DNA of 64,000 nt from Nitrospirales bacterium. Its GTDB lineage: Bacteria; Nitrospirota; Nitrospiria; Nitrospirales; UBA8639. Positions 18,180 to 32,800 of this stretch are shown here, piece by piece; the first letter of the stretch is position 1; the number at the start of each line of letters is the position of its first letter. The translations under genes and the position numbers were made by a program. The stretch covers positions 352,001-416,000 of the forward strand of contig CBDBCZ010000016.1 in assembly GCA_965203295.1 (NCBI GenBank), written 5' to 3'. A model generated the notes under the pieces. The model was not told the origin of the DNA and searched no databases. It saw nothing but the letters and a program-made list of their open reading frames with translations.

Positions 18180-20505
18180 GTGACACTATCATAACAGCTG
18201 CAATTTGTTGCTAAGCAACTCCCCAAGCATGCTGGTTACATGTACATGTATGTGGGTATGGGCAAAGAATAAACTACTACATTGAAGTGTGCTATAATGT
18301 GAAAGCTATATACACACACATGTACAGTCTTAATTAGCCTTGTTTATAACCAGGCTGCTTTTTGCACTGCACAAAAAAATTACACACTTTAAGTACCTCA
18401 AATAGGAGCCAATTCCTATACAATGTAGGTATGTACGAAGTTACCCTCAGTAGGGACTCAATAGTTGAATGCTGCACACCAGGAGTAAAAATATCTGCCA
18501 AAAAAAACAAACAAAAGAAAACAGGAATTGTACAGGAAGCAGCATTAATATTTCCAGGCACATTTGGGTGCTACAGGGGATACAGGGCAGAAATGCACCA
18601 ATAAGCAGGAGCCCACCCCCCACATCTACACCATGATACCAGACCACTCCTACCCTCGAGTGGTTTTGGGGTTGAGACTGGCTAGTGGAGTGTGGACGGG
18701 AGGGTTCCCATGATGCTCTTACTAGCCAGCCGCTGCAGGTGGTGTCAGAGGTACAGGAACCGGTGGCACTCCAGAGACCCCGCCCACTGACACCTCTGCA
18801 GTCTCTCCCAAAACAACTGGAAGGGAGAGAGGAGGAAGGTAAGCCGGGAACCTCTGGTACTCACAACACACTATACAACACCAGCTAGATGCTGAGAGCA
18901 CAGAAGGACAAACTGGGACACACTCGGGGATTTTAGCCCAGAAGCTTCTGAATAACACTCCCATCTACACAGATCTACTGCTTTCCATTTGGCTACATGG
19001 GACTCAACCAAGGGGAGGTCACTCCCATAGACTCTGAAGTCACAACTGCGACCACCATCGGTCAGTGGTCAACAATTACAGCTGCTCAAAAGGGTCAAAG
19101 CACGCTCAAACATAGTCACTGCTGACAATGGCATGTCGCATTGTGGAAAGGACGGGCAATTGAGCATGACTTAGCATAATAACTTCAATTTCCAAACAAA
19201 TGTCAGTTAAATTAACTACTGTAGATTGGAAAATAGTCGTTTAAAACATATTTATCGGTACCCTATGACGACAAAAATATTGTTTTCAACATCGTCGACC
19301 AGTAACACTTTTGGTCTGCTGAGTAATAAAAATAAAACAATGAGCAGTTGATCGTTTACCGTAGGATTGAAATTTTCCCGATCTATAGTTACTGTAACTT
19401 CTTTTTAGAGCAACATGCTAAGGCAGTAATAAGCTTTTCGTCACTCCTATGTAAGAAACAAAGTCTCCAAAACAAAAGCTAGTTGTGGTGAAAATACTGG
19501 AGGGTGGCTGATATAGCTAATTTGTTAAATTATCATGTACAGTTGCCCTGTACACACACAGACATTTTATAAACCTGCAGCTTCCCTAGCCGCATTCCCA
19601 GATCATTACAATATTTCTTAGTATGGTAGGGGAATGAGACTGAGTTCCTATGGCAGTGTTTCGAGGAGCTGTAACAAGTGACTTGGGAAGACAGCGAGTC
19701 ATGTGGGACGAAAACAAGTCACTTTTAATGTGAACGAGTTCTTTAAGAAGAGAGCGTGCCGCGTGGGACATATAGTGTGGGATGAGCGGCTGTCTCGGCC
19801 ACGGGGGGAGGGGGGTGTGTACTAATAATGAGCTACATAGTGCCATTATCATAACAGCTGCACTAGGTTGCCAAGCAACTCCCAAGCATGCAGACACCTG
19901 TTTACAGCCTGGTATGTATGTGGGTATTGGCAAAGCATACACCTCTGCACCAAAGTGTGCTATATTGGAAGAGCTACATACATGTATTCGTACAGTCTTA
20001 GCTTTGTTTCCAAGCTGGCTATATTTTTTTGTACTGGCAGAAAATTTAAGTGATAAAGCCCATTTCAAGTAGGGGCCAATCCCTATACAATGTAGGTATG
20101 TAAGAAGCCATCCTCAGTAGGGACTCAATAAAATCTGCCAAAAAAAAGGAATCGTACAAGAAGCAGTATTTCCCGGTAGTTTTGGGTGCTACAGGGGGTA
20201 TAGAGGTAATTACCGTGAGCAGGAATGCTCCAATGCGCAGGAACCCACCCCACACATCTACACCATGATACCAGACCACTCCCGCCCCCGAGTGGTTTGG
20301 GCTTGAGACTGGCTAGTGGAATGTGGATGGGCGGGTTCCCATGATGCTCTCACCTGATGGACTGGCCAACCAGCCGCCGCAGGTGGCGTCAGAGGTACAG
20401 GAACTGGTGGCACTCCAGAGACCCCGCCCACTGACACCTCTGCACTCTCTCCCAACACACCTGGAAGGGAAGAGAGGAGGAAGGTAAGCTGGGAACCTCT
20501 GGTAC
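18180..20505. repeat. Diverged ~0.7-kb direct duplication containing an exon-like segment
   Basis: ~18185-18860 aligns by eye with ~19845-20505; a short partial third copy lies at ~17035-17090. Confidence 0.75.
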
Positions 20506-21292
20506 AGCTAGGGTGGCCATTACACTGATGATTCCAAACTATCACAGGCTGTAAGCTCACAGAAACTGGTAAAGTATCTGGCATGCGCAACAGCTCATTC
20601 TGAAGTGCTACATGTAAGTATTACTACAAACTTACCCTCGGCAACAAATCAGCAACAAAATTGGACACCAAGTACAGATCCCCCCTCGCCAGGCTCCACC
20701 CACTAGATTTGTCTGAATGAAGTATGCAGGGAAGAGCTGGAGCCTGGGAAATACCATCACTCTGTCAATACTAGACCTACATGTAACTGCATGCATACAC
20801 AACTTGAAGGCAGTGTACCATACAAGAATAACCATGCATCCTCTCCATGATCAACCCCTTTGACATAGCGGCAGTGGATATCTATACACCTAAGGACGAA
20901 CATACTCCAGGTACAGCTTACATGTGTGTAGTTACTATCACTAGCTAATATATCACCTGGTAGCATTTTATTGAAACATGGCAAGTGGTACTAAAGGAAG
21001 GTGTAAGGCTCTGGAGCAAGACCTAGCTACTACACACAGGAGCACTGTTTACAGCTGGTAGAACATCGGAGTGTCCCTCACCTCACCTGACAGCTTCTCT
21101 TCAGGGGACTCTCCTTCCCAACTTGACTGCCTTGTTTCCAGCAGAAATCGCAAAACCTACAGTGTGAGAATAAAACTATCAATTGCTTTATACAGGCCCA
21201 CCAAAACTGAGTGTCCTTACGTATTGCATGGGAGAGCTGAAGTTTTTAGCTGTGCTAGTATGCTAGCAGACACTGGATCATGTGAAATGCGT

Positions 21293-21458
<166 letters not shown>

Positions 21459-22987
21459 AGTGAAACAGACATACAAACGAGTAAGACTCAGACTAATCAC
21501 ACCTGAGTGTACACTCACTGGTTATAAAAATCTGTACTATTCCATGCTTAAAATATTCATATGCTGTTAATTACTATAGCAACACAATGAACAAACGTGT
21601 ACATGCACACCACCGTATCACACATGAGCATGAACAGGAATTGGGGGCGAGGAAGTTTATTTATGCACTCTTGTGAATGAGCTCATTCAGTTTGAGCCTA
21701 CCCCGGAGCAGAGGAAAACAGCCAAGGTTGACCTCTGTTAATCAGGCTCGTTAAAGTCACACGCAGCTGGATAATTTGGATTACATAATGCATGTTTAAT
21801 GCAACGTTTTCCCTGGACTAATATGAACTCGGAGGGAGGCGTAGGTATCCACTGTCATTCTTAAAGGCTGAGCTCTGAGAACTTTAGCTACAATCACGCT
21901 TACCCACCCAGACAACATTCATTACATTACATGCGTCTCTGACTCTACGTCCACAGTTTTAAGCAACGGAGACCCACTACCAGACTCACTGTCAGAATTA
22001 CACTCTGCACAACACTTTGTGTGCTACCTTACTCTACCTTTTCCCGAGCTTATACTAGCCAAAGAAAGATAGTATGTTAGTCCATATTATGTTGAGTTTA
22101 GTGAAAATTATCTAAAAACATGGCAGATGCACAATTCGACCATTTCATTATACCTTTTAAAAACTGTTCAATATCAAAATCAACAATTACTTTGTGACGT
22201 ACGCCGTGGCCTTACCTCCTCTGACCCCTGAGGATCAGTATGCCTGAACAGGAGACCATCCTGAGGTATGAACCTAGCCTCATTCCCGAGCTCAGTTCCT
22301 GTAACTGATTCAGAAGATGGCTCAGGCTTGGGAACGAGGCTACCCACCCCTCAGTCAGTCCATCAGACCACCAATTACTAAGTGAGAAGTGAGGCAAGGA
22401 AATGAAATATATACGAACATCCAATGGCATAACCACTTCAGTCTTAACCTCGCAGCAGTGGAGACGAATTGGGGGAAGACTTTTCTCCACTGCTGTGAGA
22501 TAAAGTTTGGCCTGGGCACAAGGTTAACCGCAGAATACAACCAATGGTCAATCCTCAATGCTCAAAGCTGCTCAATAAGGTGTGGTCAATGATCAAAGCA
22601 TGCTCAGAAATGTTACACGGTCAACGCTCTGGACTCCTAGTCACCTGGGACCACTTATGCACCTCCATCTAATTAAAAGCTGCCAAGGCTTAGCTGTATT
22701 CAAGTGGCAGTCACGTGTACACACTCGATAGTATTGGCTCCGTACATTCTCCTAGACTGCATGCAGCTATTAATTCTGGAGATCACAACCAATTCATTGT
22801 AACACTGGAGTTGCTCTAGTCAGTACACACAGGAGGGCTTCACTGCTACTGTGAGGTACTTACAAACTCCTTCAATTTTAACTATCTGCACAACACCTGG
22901 GCATACAAATACCCCACTCAAGAAAGCTGAACACGTCTGTTCACCTAACCCATCTAGTTCATATTGAATCATGCGAGATACATGTAA

Positions 22988-23052
<65 letters not shown>

Positions 23053-23859
23053 ACATACAGTAAAACACGCATACAAATGACAAAATCACACAAACAGCAC
23101 CACCATGGATGCTGGTGGTGTGGAGGTCTGAGCACGAGACCAACCCCTGACCACTAGCATGCATGGAAACAAGTCCACCATGAGTATAATAGCGAAGTGT
23201 TCATTGGGGGGGGGGTTTCCTACTCTTAAAATCAACAACATTCCACTTTGCTCAATCGTGACAAGTTTACCAAAATGAACCCCTGGTACGACTAAGTACC
23301 ATACCACTGGTAAACCTTGTCAATACAGGTTCACACTTATAAACTACAGATGCTGAGATGGGGATGAAATGGCCTCGGTGGTACAATGACAAAGAAAGGC
23401 AGTTACCCCTCCCACTGTGGCCTATCACCCTGCTCAGAATCTGAACAACTCTGATGTGGTGTTCAAGGTCACTCACTCTGCGACCAAGACTACAAGAGGA
23501 GTTTTGTGAGTGAATCTTACCATCATGACATTGTTCATGTCACTATCCACTCCCCTGATTTCCAGGCTGTTCATTAACACATCTCGAGCATGCACGTGCA
23601 GTAGCGGTACTTTCCGGGTACGGTATTCAACTCTTGAGTCACATAGAAATACGCTCATGCCCTATAAAGTACCTCCCTCTACTCACCTCTCCCATATCTC
23701 TGAACGGTCGGTGGCAGCATTCTAATATTATTATTACTTCTGTTCATTTAAAATTTTCCATGAATGGGGGTGGGGCTCGTTTACCCCCACGCAGTTTGAT
23801 GCTATGTAGCCATCTTGATAGACTCACGGTGGTGAATCTTCTGCCTACATACGTACGAG

Positions 23860-26800
23860 ATGATCAGCTTGGAGCAGTGGCGGGCTGCTGTAGGAGGATG
23901 GAACGCCGGAAAATCGCCAGCCATTTACCGTCGATACGGGAGTCAAAGAATCGTTCGCAATAGTTGTTCGAAGCTGCTGCTGGTCATGGATCGCTACGCT
24001 GCTGCCATATACTACTCGCTCTACTGGATAATCCTTGGCCTGTTTGCATTCCTGTCGAGCGATGGCTGGATCACAGCTCTGTCGCTCGCTTTTGACGACA
24101 CCTGCGGCTACCCACACGATATACGCCATGCGTTGGTCGAGTCTCCTACTGCCACGGTGTTCCACGCCAGCCACGACTACCTGCAACGCTTCTGGGTGTT
24201 CGCGAGTCCCACAGTCACTCCATTGCTCAGACGCTGTATGACCTGTCTACAACGCATGTGGAAGTTGGCAAGCCCCTCCGTATCCTCGGCGTTAAGGCTG
24301 CTGCTGGCACTGGGCTGGCTTCTGATCGTCGCAGGAGACGTGGAGCTCAATCCGGGGCCGGTGTCGCAAGGTGAGCTATACTGAATGATTCGCCCTAGCG
24401 TCGTTCTCATGCAGTTCCCCTTGCAAAATATAGCTCTTACTGTTCATTACGCTTGTGGATGCAAAAATTCTCTCCAAATTATAATGGTGCTGGGGAGTAG
24501 AACTTCTTCATCATTGTAAAAATACATTCTTTTTAACCAGCTAGCAGTTGTAGCTGCACTAGACTACTAAAGCCTAGTTACTACGTGCAAAAAAAAAGAA
24601 AAAAAAACTGGGCAGGAGAGCCAGGGAAAGAGGCTACAGTACAATCAAACTCTGCAGTTTACTGCGGGTTAAACCAATTTCCATTGGAATTTCACATGAA
24701 TTTGTTTCGCAGAATCCTATAGGACTGCGCAGCGCAAAGTGGAAATCCGTGCATTGGCGCGCGATCCCGGGATTGTTTAAGAGCTAAAAAGTTTCAGGTG
24801 CTGTAGCCAATTGCCAACATGATAGCTACCTGGTATGCATTAAAATTGACACATTAGTAATGAATTGTTATTGTCACAACCATCACAGGTGACTACATTG
24901 TCAAAGGATTCTGGCATTCTAAAATCACAATCAAGACGAATGAATGAAAATGATGGCTTGCAAGCCCTAGAATATTTTGGGAAGTAGTAGGGAACTTGTT
25001 TGTTTGGCCTGGTGGGGGACTCGTCCAGCTTGGAGGTGGTATACAAAGTACATTCTTGAGTCTAAGAGCTGAATGTGACACGAGCTGGAACCCCCTTGTC
25101 TTTACCCAGTGCCTAAACTTTGTGCTGTAGTCTTCCTGGTCTCAATCTTTGTTGAGTATGCAGATAGTACAATTGTGATAGACATTTGACCTACGTATAT
25201 GAACTATAGTGGGCAGATAGTCACATGATTTATGGTCTGTTTTGGGAAGTAAAGTAAGAGTTAGATTTACAAAAAGGGCAGGACATGCAGTGATTGTCCT
25301 AATGGACAAAATGAGTCCAAATACATGTAGATGCAACTCCAATGTCAAAATAACCGTTTATTTGTAGCAGTGCAGGATTGCACGTCAATCCCACTTTTGC
25401 GCACACATGATGTTGAGCAAACCTTTGACCTTTGACACTTCTATTAGGCCGTTAGCTACTTCTTTGTGCCATATGATGGCTACACCGGTGAGAGGGTTAA
25501 TTGGCCGTTCTTTTCCACACAGAAATTAAGGAACTGCTGTCAAATGTGGATGATACTGAGCTTGGTAAGTGACACCAGTAGTAGAGTGTATATATCTCAA
25601 TACAATACAAACACTTGACATTGCCTTTTCATCACACTATATTACACTAGGAGAAACATGTTTGAGTGCTATTGCCTTCACCTTTGATATCGTCTCAAAA
25701 GTATATATTTCAAGCATAATTGTATATATTGCCTGCATAATATACTTGGCCTGAGATATAGCATATTCCCGCACGCTCATTTTAAGGTGAAGGAGATATT
25801 CTCGACGTATTCGAGGAAGTGGTGAGCCTAGCTGGAAGGTGGCCAAGTATTTGTATTGTCTTGAGACTGCTACCATCTCATGAAGATACCATTGCTAGAA
25901 CCTGTCATGGCATTCCAGAAGATTGCCTGCGGAAAGTGCTCTCTAAGTGGCTTCAGAGGTGCTATGACACTACTAGGCATGGCCCTCCAACATGGCGGGT
26001 GTTGGTTGCAGCTGTCGCTAATTCTGTTGGTGGGGATAACCCAGGTCTGGCTAAAGAGATTGCAAGAAGCCATCCAGGTGAGGATGTAGCTATAGCACTC
26101 TTAATTCATTAAGTATCTGTATTGTAGCCACAATCACTGGCCTGCCGGGACAGTGTTCCTGGGAGTTGTGAATTCTTATTATTAGTGTGGCAGAGCAGAA
26201 GGCTTTTGATGACCAATATATGTGGTTAAACTCAACCTTTCGTTCACTTCATGCCATCAAAACAACGTTTCATCTATTTGTAGCAGAAATATCCCACAAA
26301 CGTGGGATATTTCCATAGCCCATTGAGAATAGTATAGATTAATCAATGTAAGGCATCTGCAATGGACACTACCATTTAACTTAAAAGCTTCGGCTCTAAT
26401 TGAGGAGAGAACTTTTCTTTACTCCAATAGCTACATAACTTGATTATTCTACAGGCATCACACACAGTGCTACAAGTACCCCACCACAAGCTAAATCATC
26501 TACCAATTCTTCGAACACAGTAGTTTCATTGCATGCACAGTATCTTCGAGACAGCTATCAGACCCAGATCCCAACCTTTCTTACTCTCCAGTGGCCACCT
26601 CCACCCACTCACAAGGTCTTCCACCTGGCAATGATACAGGGAAAGAACATTCGGTACGGTCCCATTGATGAGGAAATGGTCAGACTGACTCTGCGAGGGA
26701 AGGTGAGTGACATTCTTTACGAAAAGGAGCCAGTGGAACTTAAAGATATCTTTGAAATGGACAATGCCAAACGCAAAGTCATCTTAATTGAGGGGGCCCC

Positions 26801-29800
26801 TGGATCAGGCAAAAGCACACTGGCTTGGCATGTGTGCCAAATGTGGGAATCTGGAAAACTGTTTCAGGACTATCAGACTGTTGTGTATGTCCAGCTGCGA
26901 GACCCAACGATCCAGTCAGCTCAGTCCATAGAAGATATCATTCCTGCAGAGAGCAGGGACCAGGCAAAAAGTGTGATGGAAGAAATTCGATCCTGCAGAG
27001 GTCAGAATCTACTGATAGTCCTAGACGGTTGGGATGAGCTACCATCCCATCTCCATGCAAAATCCATTTTCCATGAGCTCATTGTCTCTCCTCAGACTTT
27101 GAACTTACATTTCAGTGCAGTTATCGTAACTTCTCGACCGATTGCTTCAGGTGAGCTTTATCGCTTCATTTCTTCTCGTATTGAAATTCTCGGATTCACC
27201 CCAACTGAAGTGCAAGACTACTTCACAGAGGCACTTGGTGGGGAGGCTCAGGCTGTACAGAAGCTGCAGAATCAACTGAAGGAGTGTCCGATGGTGGAAG
27301 CAAGCTGCTATCTCCCTCTTAATGCTGCTATAGTTAGCCACTTATTTCTAGCACAGAACTACAGCCTACCAACCACCCTCCATGGAGTGTTTACGATGCT
27401 TGTTCTCTGCTGTCTCAAACGACATGTAGCAAAACAAGAGGGAGAGAGAGGAAAACAGCGTATTACATCTCTTGACAACCTTCCATCAGATATTGATCTT
27501 TTGTTTAAGGATGTGTATACACTAGCCTACCATGGGGTTATGGATAATAAGGCTACGTTTCCAATGGAGTACTTGGAGTCACGTGGACTACCGAAGATAT
27601 CACAAACTCTTGGTTTGCTTCAAGGTGTACAAAGCTTTACACCCCTTGATGATACTTCACCATCTTACTATTTTCTTCACTTGTCTGTTCAGGAACTTCT
27701 AGCCTCTTTTTATATCTCCAAGCTACCGGGAAAAGAGCAAGTAGTAGTGTTTAATAAGCTATTTGGGGAGCCTCGATTTGCGGCTGTGTTTCGATTTTTT
27801 GCCGCGTTTACTAAACTGGAAAATGAAGGTATCAGGAGGGTAATTGTTGATATCATTAACAAGGAGAACAAGCACCAGATTTTATATCTTCTCCACGGAC
27901 TTTACGAAGCTCAGACTCTCTCTCTGTGCGAGTTTGTGGGCTCTCAGTTGAGTAGAGATTTGGACCTTAGTTACATTACAGTGAGCCCAGTAGACTGCCT
28001 AGCAGTTGGCTACTTTATTGCTTGCTTCCATGGAAAGTTAACAGCAGATCTACACAAGTGTTCGCTTGATAGCTATAGAGTTAGGTACCTTACTAAAGAA
28101 TTGTCCAAGTGTACTATCTCTACCAGTATGCAGAAACCGGACTCAGTAGCCGCAGTTGCTGGTGTGTCTAGCTGTTTGGAGTTGAAACTTGAGTGAGTTC
28201 ATTAAGTAGTGCGGTACAGAGTTGTTCCGGTACTGATCATTTCTGAACTCTGTAGCTAATGCTTTAAGTTTGCTTTGTTTGATAAAGAGTTTTTTGTTGA
28301 ATCAACTATTAAATAGGCATAACACGTACTGGTGTCATTAGCCACACAGTGACTTCCAACTGTAACACTACATCAGGAGTTTAAATTTATGTAAGTACAC
28401 TTGCATGCCCTGAAGAAAATTGGACTCCATTGCCTGACATCATACCGTAGGCACTGAAGAATAATAATGGTATTTGATAAGTGGCTGCCTATTGATGTGC
28501 ATTGCCATAATTACACAACAGACTACAGCATGTACATGCAAGTTCCTCGTGTACGCTCCTCATGCATGCACCTGATGAATTCCCGGTGCTGCCACAACAG
28601 TGAGCACACACAACAGTGAAGAATGACAGCAGAGCCTGTACACGATTGAGTTTCTTACCCTTTGTCTACATACAGTTGTAAATTGTTCAAATCATTAATT
28701 GTTGAAAAACATTAATGTATACATGCTAAGGCAGAAATGAAAGGTTAGACTCATTTCATTATAGCTGATATAACCATCAAAATCTGACAAGAAGCCCTCA
28801 TAGTTAAATACCCTCCCAACATCAGCACCTGCCCATACTGTGTCAAAGAACAGCCCCAGGCCTGATGGCATGTATAAGTATACTCTGCACCATCTCTGAA
28901 GGTGCTAATTCTGCTGACTGTCAGTACAGACTGTCTCACCATGGCAATATAATATGTGTACATCCTACCTCATCCGATGGACTACTTCTCTTTCCTCAGT
29001 CTTCATGACAATATTGTTGGTACTGAAGGAGCAGCTCTCCTGTGTGAAGAGAATGTCATCCACTTGTTGAAGACACTAAAGTGAGTTCACTTACCGTATT
29101 ACTGTTGTCACATAGGTAAACTTCAATCGGTCTTCTAGTGTTTTCATGACTCAAGTATATTCCTGTCTATCACAGCAGTTAATGAACTAGTTGTTCATAA
29201 GTAAACCTTTCCCCCTGCTCTAAGGAAAGCCATACTGTGCAGGTATGTGCATGTCTAGTATACTTGTACACAGGACCCGCATATCCCATATATGGAAAGT
29301 TGTAGCATAACCCTAGTCTCAAAATGTGCTCTTTCAGAGACCGTGACAACACACGTGTACAGCAGTCAAATGAGTCTAACCAAAATAATTTCATTCAATC
29401 TGCCTTAGCATGTATTATATTAACTAACAATTGTTTTTCAACAATGATTTGTGTGTCTGAAATGTAAATAAACTACGTAAGTAACAATTACATCGTCATT
29501 GTGTACTAAGAATGGCTTAGGTGTGGGCTAGATCAGTTTATGACCATCTTATTGTAGTGAGTATAGCAACCCCACACCACCTATGAGGGTGTAGCTTTAA
29601 AATCCACACTTGTGCACTGGAAATTTATTCCAGCTAATCTACAGGTGATCCTTCTGTAGCCACTGAAGTGATAACATCACCAGGCTCTGAAAGAGATGAG
29701 CCAAGGAGTTAGGCTAACTGCAGATGTCAATTGAGATCTCCCTTCACATACGTGCAGTGGCTGTAGACTACTAACTGTACTAAAATGCTATTACGTTCCA

Positions 29801-32800
29801 CCTACACTGATTGTGGCCACTTGTATCTTTTTACAGTCTTGATTCCAATAGGCTATCTGACAATGCAGCCAGAGCCATCGCTGATGCTCTGAAGGTCAAC
29901 GACAGTCTGTCAGAACTATCGTGAGTTTAATGGGCGTTTGCTCTTGATGATTGCCCACTAATGTTTACTGATGAGTTGCAGCTAAGCCTTAGACGACTAG
30001 GATGTTCCAAATAGGCTTTGAACTTCCTCTCTATAAATACCTCTCCACAGGATGGGTGTGTACAGACAACAAACTCTAAAATACTGATAAGCTTCATCGA
30101 CTGTCTGTACTTCCACTTGCCTAGAGAGAACACATTCAGTTAGGTAGTACTGTGTTATATACATTACTGCCATTTGTGTCTCTGCACAGTCTCGCTTCTA
30201 ACAGGATAACTGAAGAAGGCGGGAGAGACATCGCCGACTCTCTGAAGTGCAACAAGAGCCTGAGAAAACTGAAGTGAGTTCAGTCACTGTTTGCTCTTGT
30301 TTTTTACCCTCTCAAGTTTATTTAATAGTTACTGTAGCTATTCCCAATGCTTAGACAGCTTACTCTTTTTACAGATTATTAACACCAAACAGGAAGCTAC
30401 AAGTGTTGTTATTATACTTATAGTCTCATTAGTATAACAACAATAATAGCTTAGGTGACATTACTGGGTGGGAGTTAAAGCCTCATACGGGTATTGTAAT
30501 ACATAGCACTCCACACTGCCTATGATGGTGTAGCTTTACAACACACACCTGTACACTGGGGAAATATCTTTCAGCTATACTACAAGTGTTCCTTCTGTAG
30601 CCACTATTGTGAAAGCATCACCCCAGGCCCTCTCCACTGTGTATGAAAAAAGATGAGTCCAGGAGCTATCCAGCTACTGATGTCAGTTGAGATCTGCCAC
30701 ATACATGTGGTGGTTACATATTACTAACTGCAAAACTACTGATAAGTCCATCTACACTGATAATGGCCATTTGTGTCTCTTTGTACAGTCTTAGTCTCTG
30801 TCTCTTGTTCTTGTGTCTCTTTATACAGTCTTAGTTACAATATGCTATCTGACATTGGGGCCAGTGCCATTGCTGAAGCTCTGAAGGTCAACAACAGTCT
30901 GACAGAAATAAAGTGAGTTCAATAGTTGCTTGTTCTTGAAGATTACCCTCTCATGTATACTGTGGTACAAGTCGGTTCCATCACTCGGTTTTGGTGCACG
31001 GTTTAGTCCTTCATGTAACTACCCTTAGCTTGCTACATTTGACATGCAAGCATGCCCTCTTTCATAGGCAGCCCAATTCCCGTGCCACTCTCTGCAGTGG
31101 AATATATACCATGTATGCACTTGTTAGTAAATGTGTCTGCACTGCTAGGATTCTCCCTATAGCAAAATCTTTATACTGTGGAGTGACCTATAAAACAAGT
31201 CTGACATTTCATGTCTAAAAAACCAGCCGGGCACCTTTCCCGTACATTACAATAAGTTACACACAACTCAGCGTAGGCCAAGCTAACTGCAGCTGCAGAA
31301 CGACGAATTATAGTAACTATACTACAGCATAGTCATGTTTCCAGACCTACAAATTATAGGCATGCTGTAGAAACAACGCAGTTCAGCGAAATTGCCGACT
31401 CAGCAGTTTTGTCGTGCGCTTCTAGTTAGTAGTTATACGCCACCAAAACAGGATCTTTACGGCTGCCTACCAAGTTTTCGCCACCTAGGCAACTCACAAC
31501 TACCCTCGTTTGCTGTAGCTTGGCCTGCAAACCTCCAAAAGCTGCTATATACTGCAGTTGCATAGTAACGTATGACGTAATATACTGCGCACGTGATAAG
31601 TGCGGACGCACAAACAAACAGACGCGGAAAACGTAAAGCAATCTTAGGACCAGCCGTTCGCGCGCTGCGCGCGCTCCGGCTGGTAAAAAAATCATTTTCT
31701 ATAACCATGGTTGTAAAAAGATAATATCAGTATAGAGTACATGTGTAATGCTATATAAAACATTGTGTGTCCACTTTATGCTACTTTTAGTTGGCAGTCT
31801 CATTAACACACTTCAGTCTTAGGAAGACATTCACTAATTAAACTTTGGATACTAAACTCTGTACAGAAGTCCCCAGTAATTCCCTTTGGAGTGGTATAGG
31901 CTGTATGAATTCTTCCCACGACATACATTTTGTCATTGGAATTCACACTTCACTTTCATCTCCTGGAATTATCACAGCCTTCGTCCTTTACTTCATGACT
32001 TGGGGAAACACTGTGCCTGTGTTCATGTTGCCTCATTCCAGCTCCTTTTCTTTATCCCTTACAGTCTCTACCAAAACCGGATATCAGACGAGGGAGGCAG
32101 AGCCATCGCTGCAGCTCTGAGGGTCAACAAAAGCCTGACATTTCTATCGTAGGTTCACTGTAGTTACCTCTTGGACTTTGCCCTTTCAAGTTATGAAAAC
32201 GTTGACCCCTCAAACGTGTATAGATGCAGACATATGAAATACTTACTTTGTGTTGGACCTATTGTAAGTTCAAAGTTGTTTACTCTTGGATTTGGCCTGA
32301 TGACATAGCCAGGCCCTCTCCACTGTGTGTTGAATGGTCAGAGCACTTTATAGATCCAATTTGTGCTACACTAATACTGCTTCAAATCAGACATTGATTA
32401 TTGCCATTTATGCCTTTTTCCAGTCTTAGTCACAATAAGCTATCTGAAAATGGGGCCAGTGCCATCGCTGCAGCTCTGAAAGTCAACGACAGTCTGACAA
32501 AGCTGTAGTGAGTTGAATCATTGTTTGCTCTTGATTGCCCTTTCATGTTTACTGATGAACGGAAGCCTTACACAACTAGGATGCTACAAATGAGTTACAA
32601 GTCCTGTAGAATTTAGTTGCTACCACTGCTTGATATTCCCCAGCCCTCAGGGCAAAAAGCAAAACTTCATAAGCACAGGTCAATAGTTTGTTTTTTTTTA
32701 CCACAGTTGTGTCAATTACCAGTTACAGTATTTGGGGTGCGAGAGATTCATGGATCTATAAGGGTGGGGCCAGTATAAAATTAACTAGTGGTACACAGTA

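Noticed and set aside
26078..26112. EDVAIAL in the Death-exon read-through matching the DED protein
   Set aside because: Intronic and very short; most likely coincidence.
24680..26320. NF-kB-like sites in NLR introns (GGAATTTCAC, GGAAATCC, GGGATATTTCC)
   Set aside because: Short imperfect matches expected by chance.
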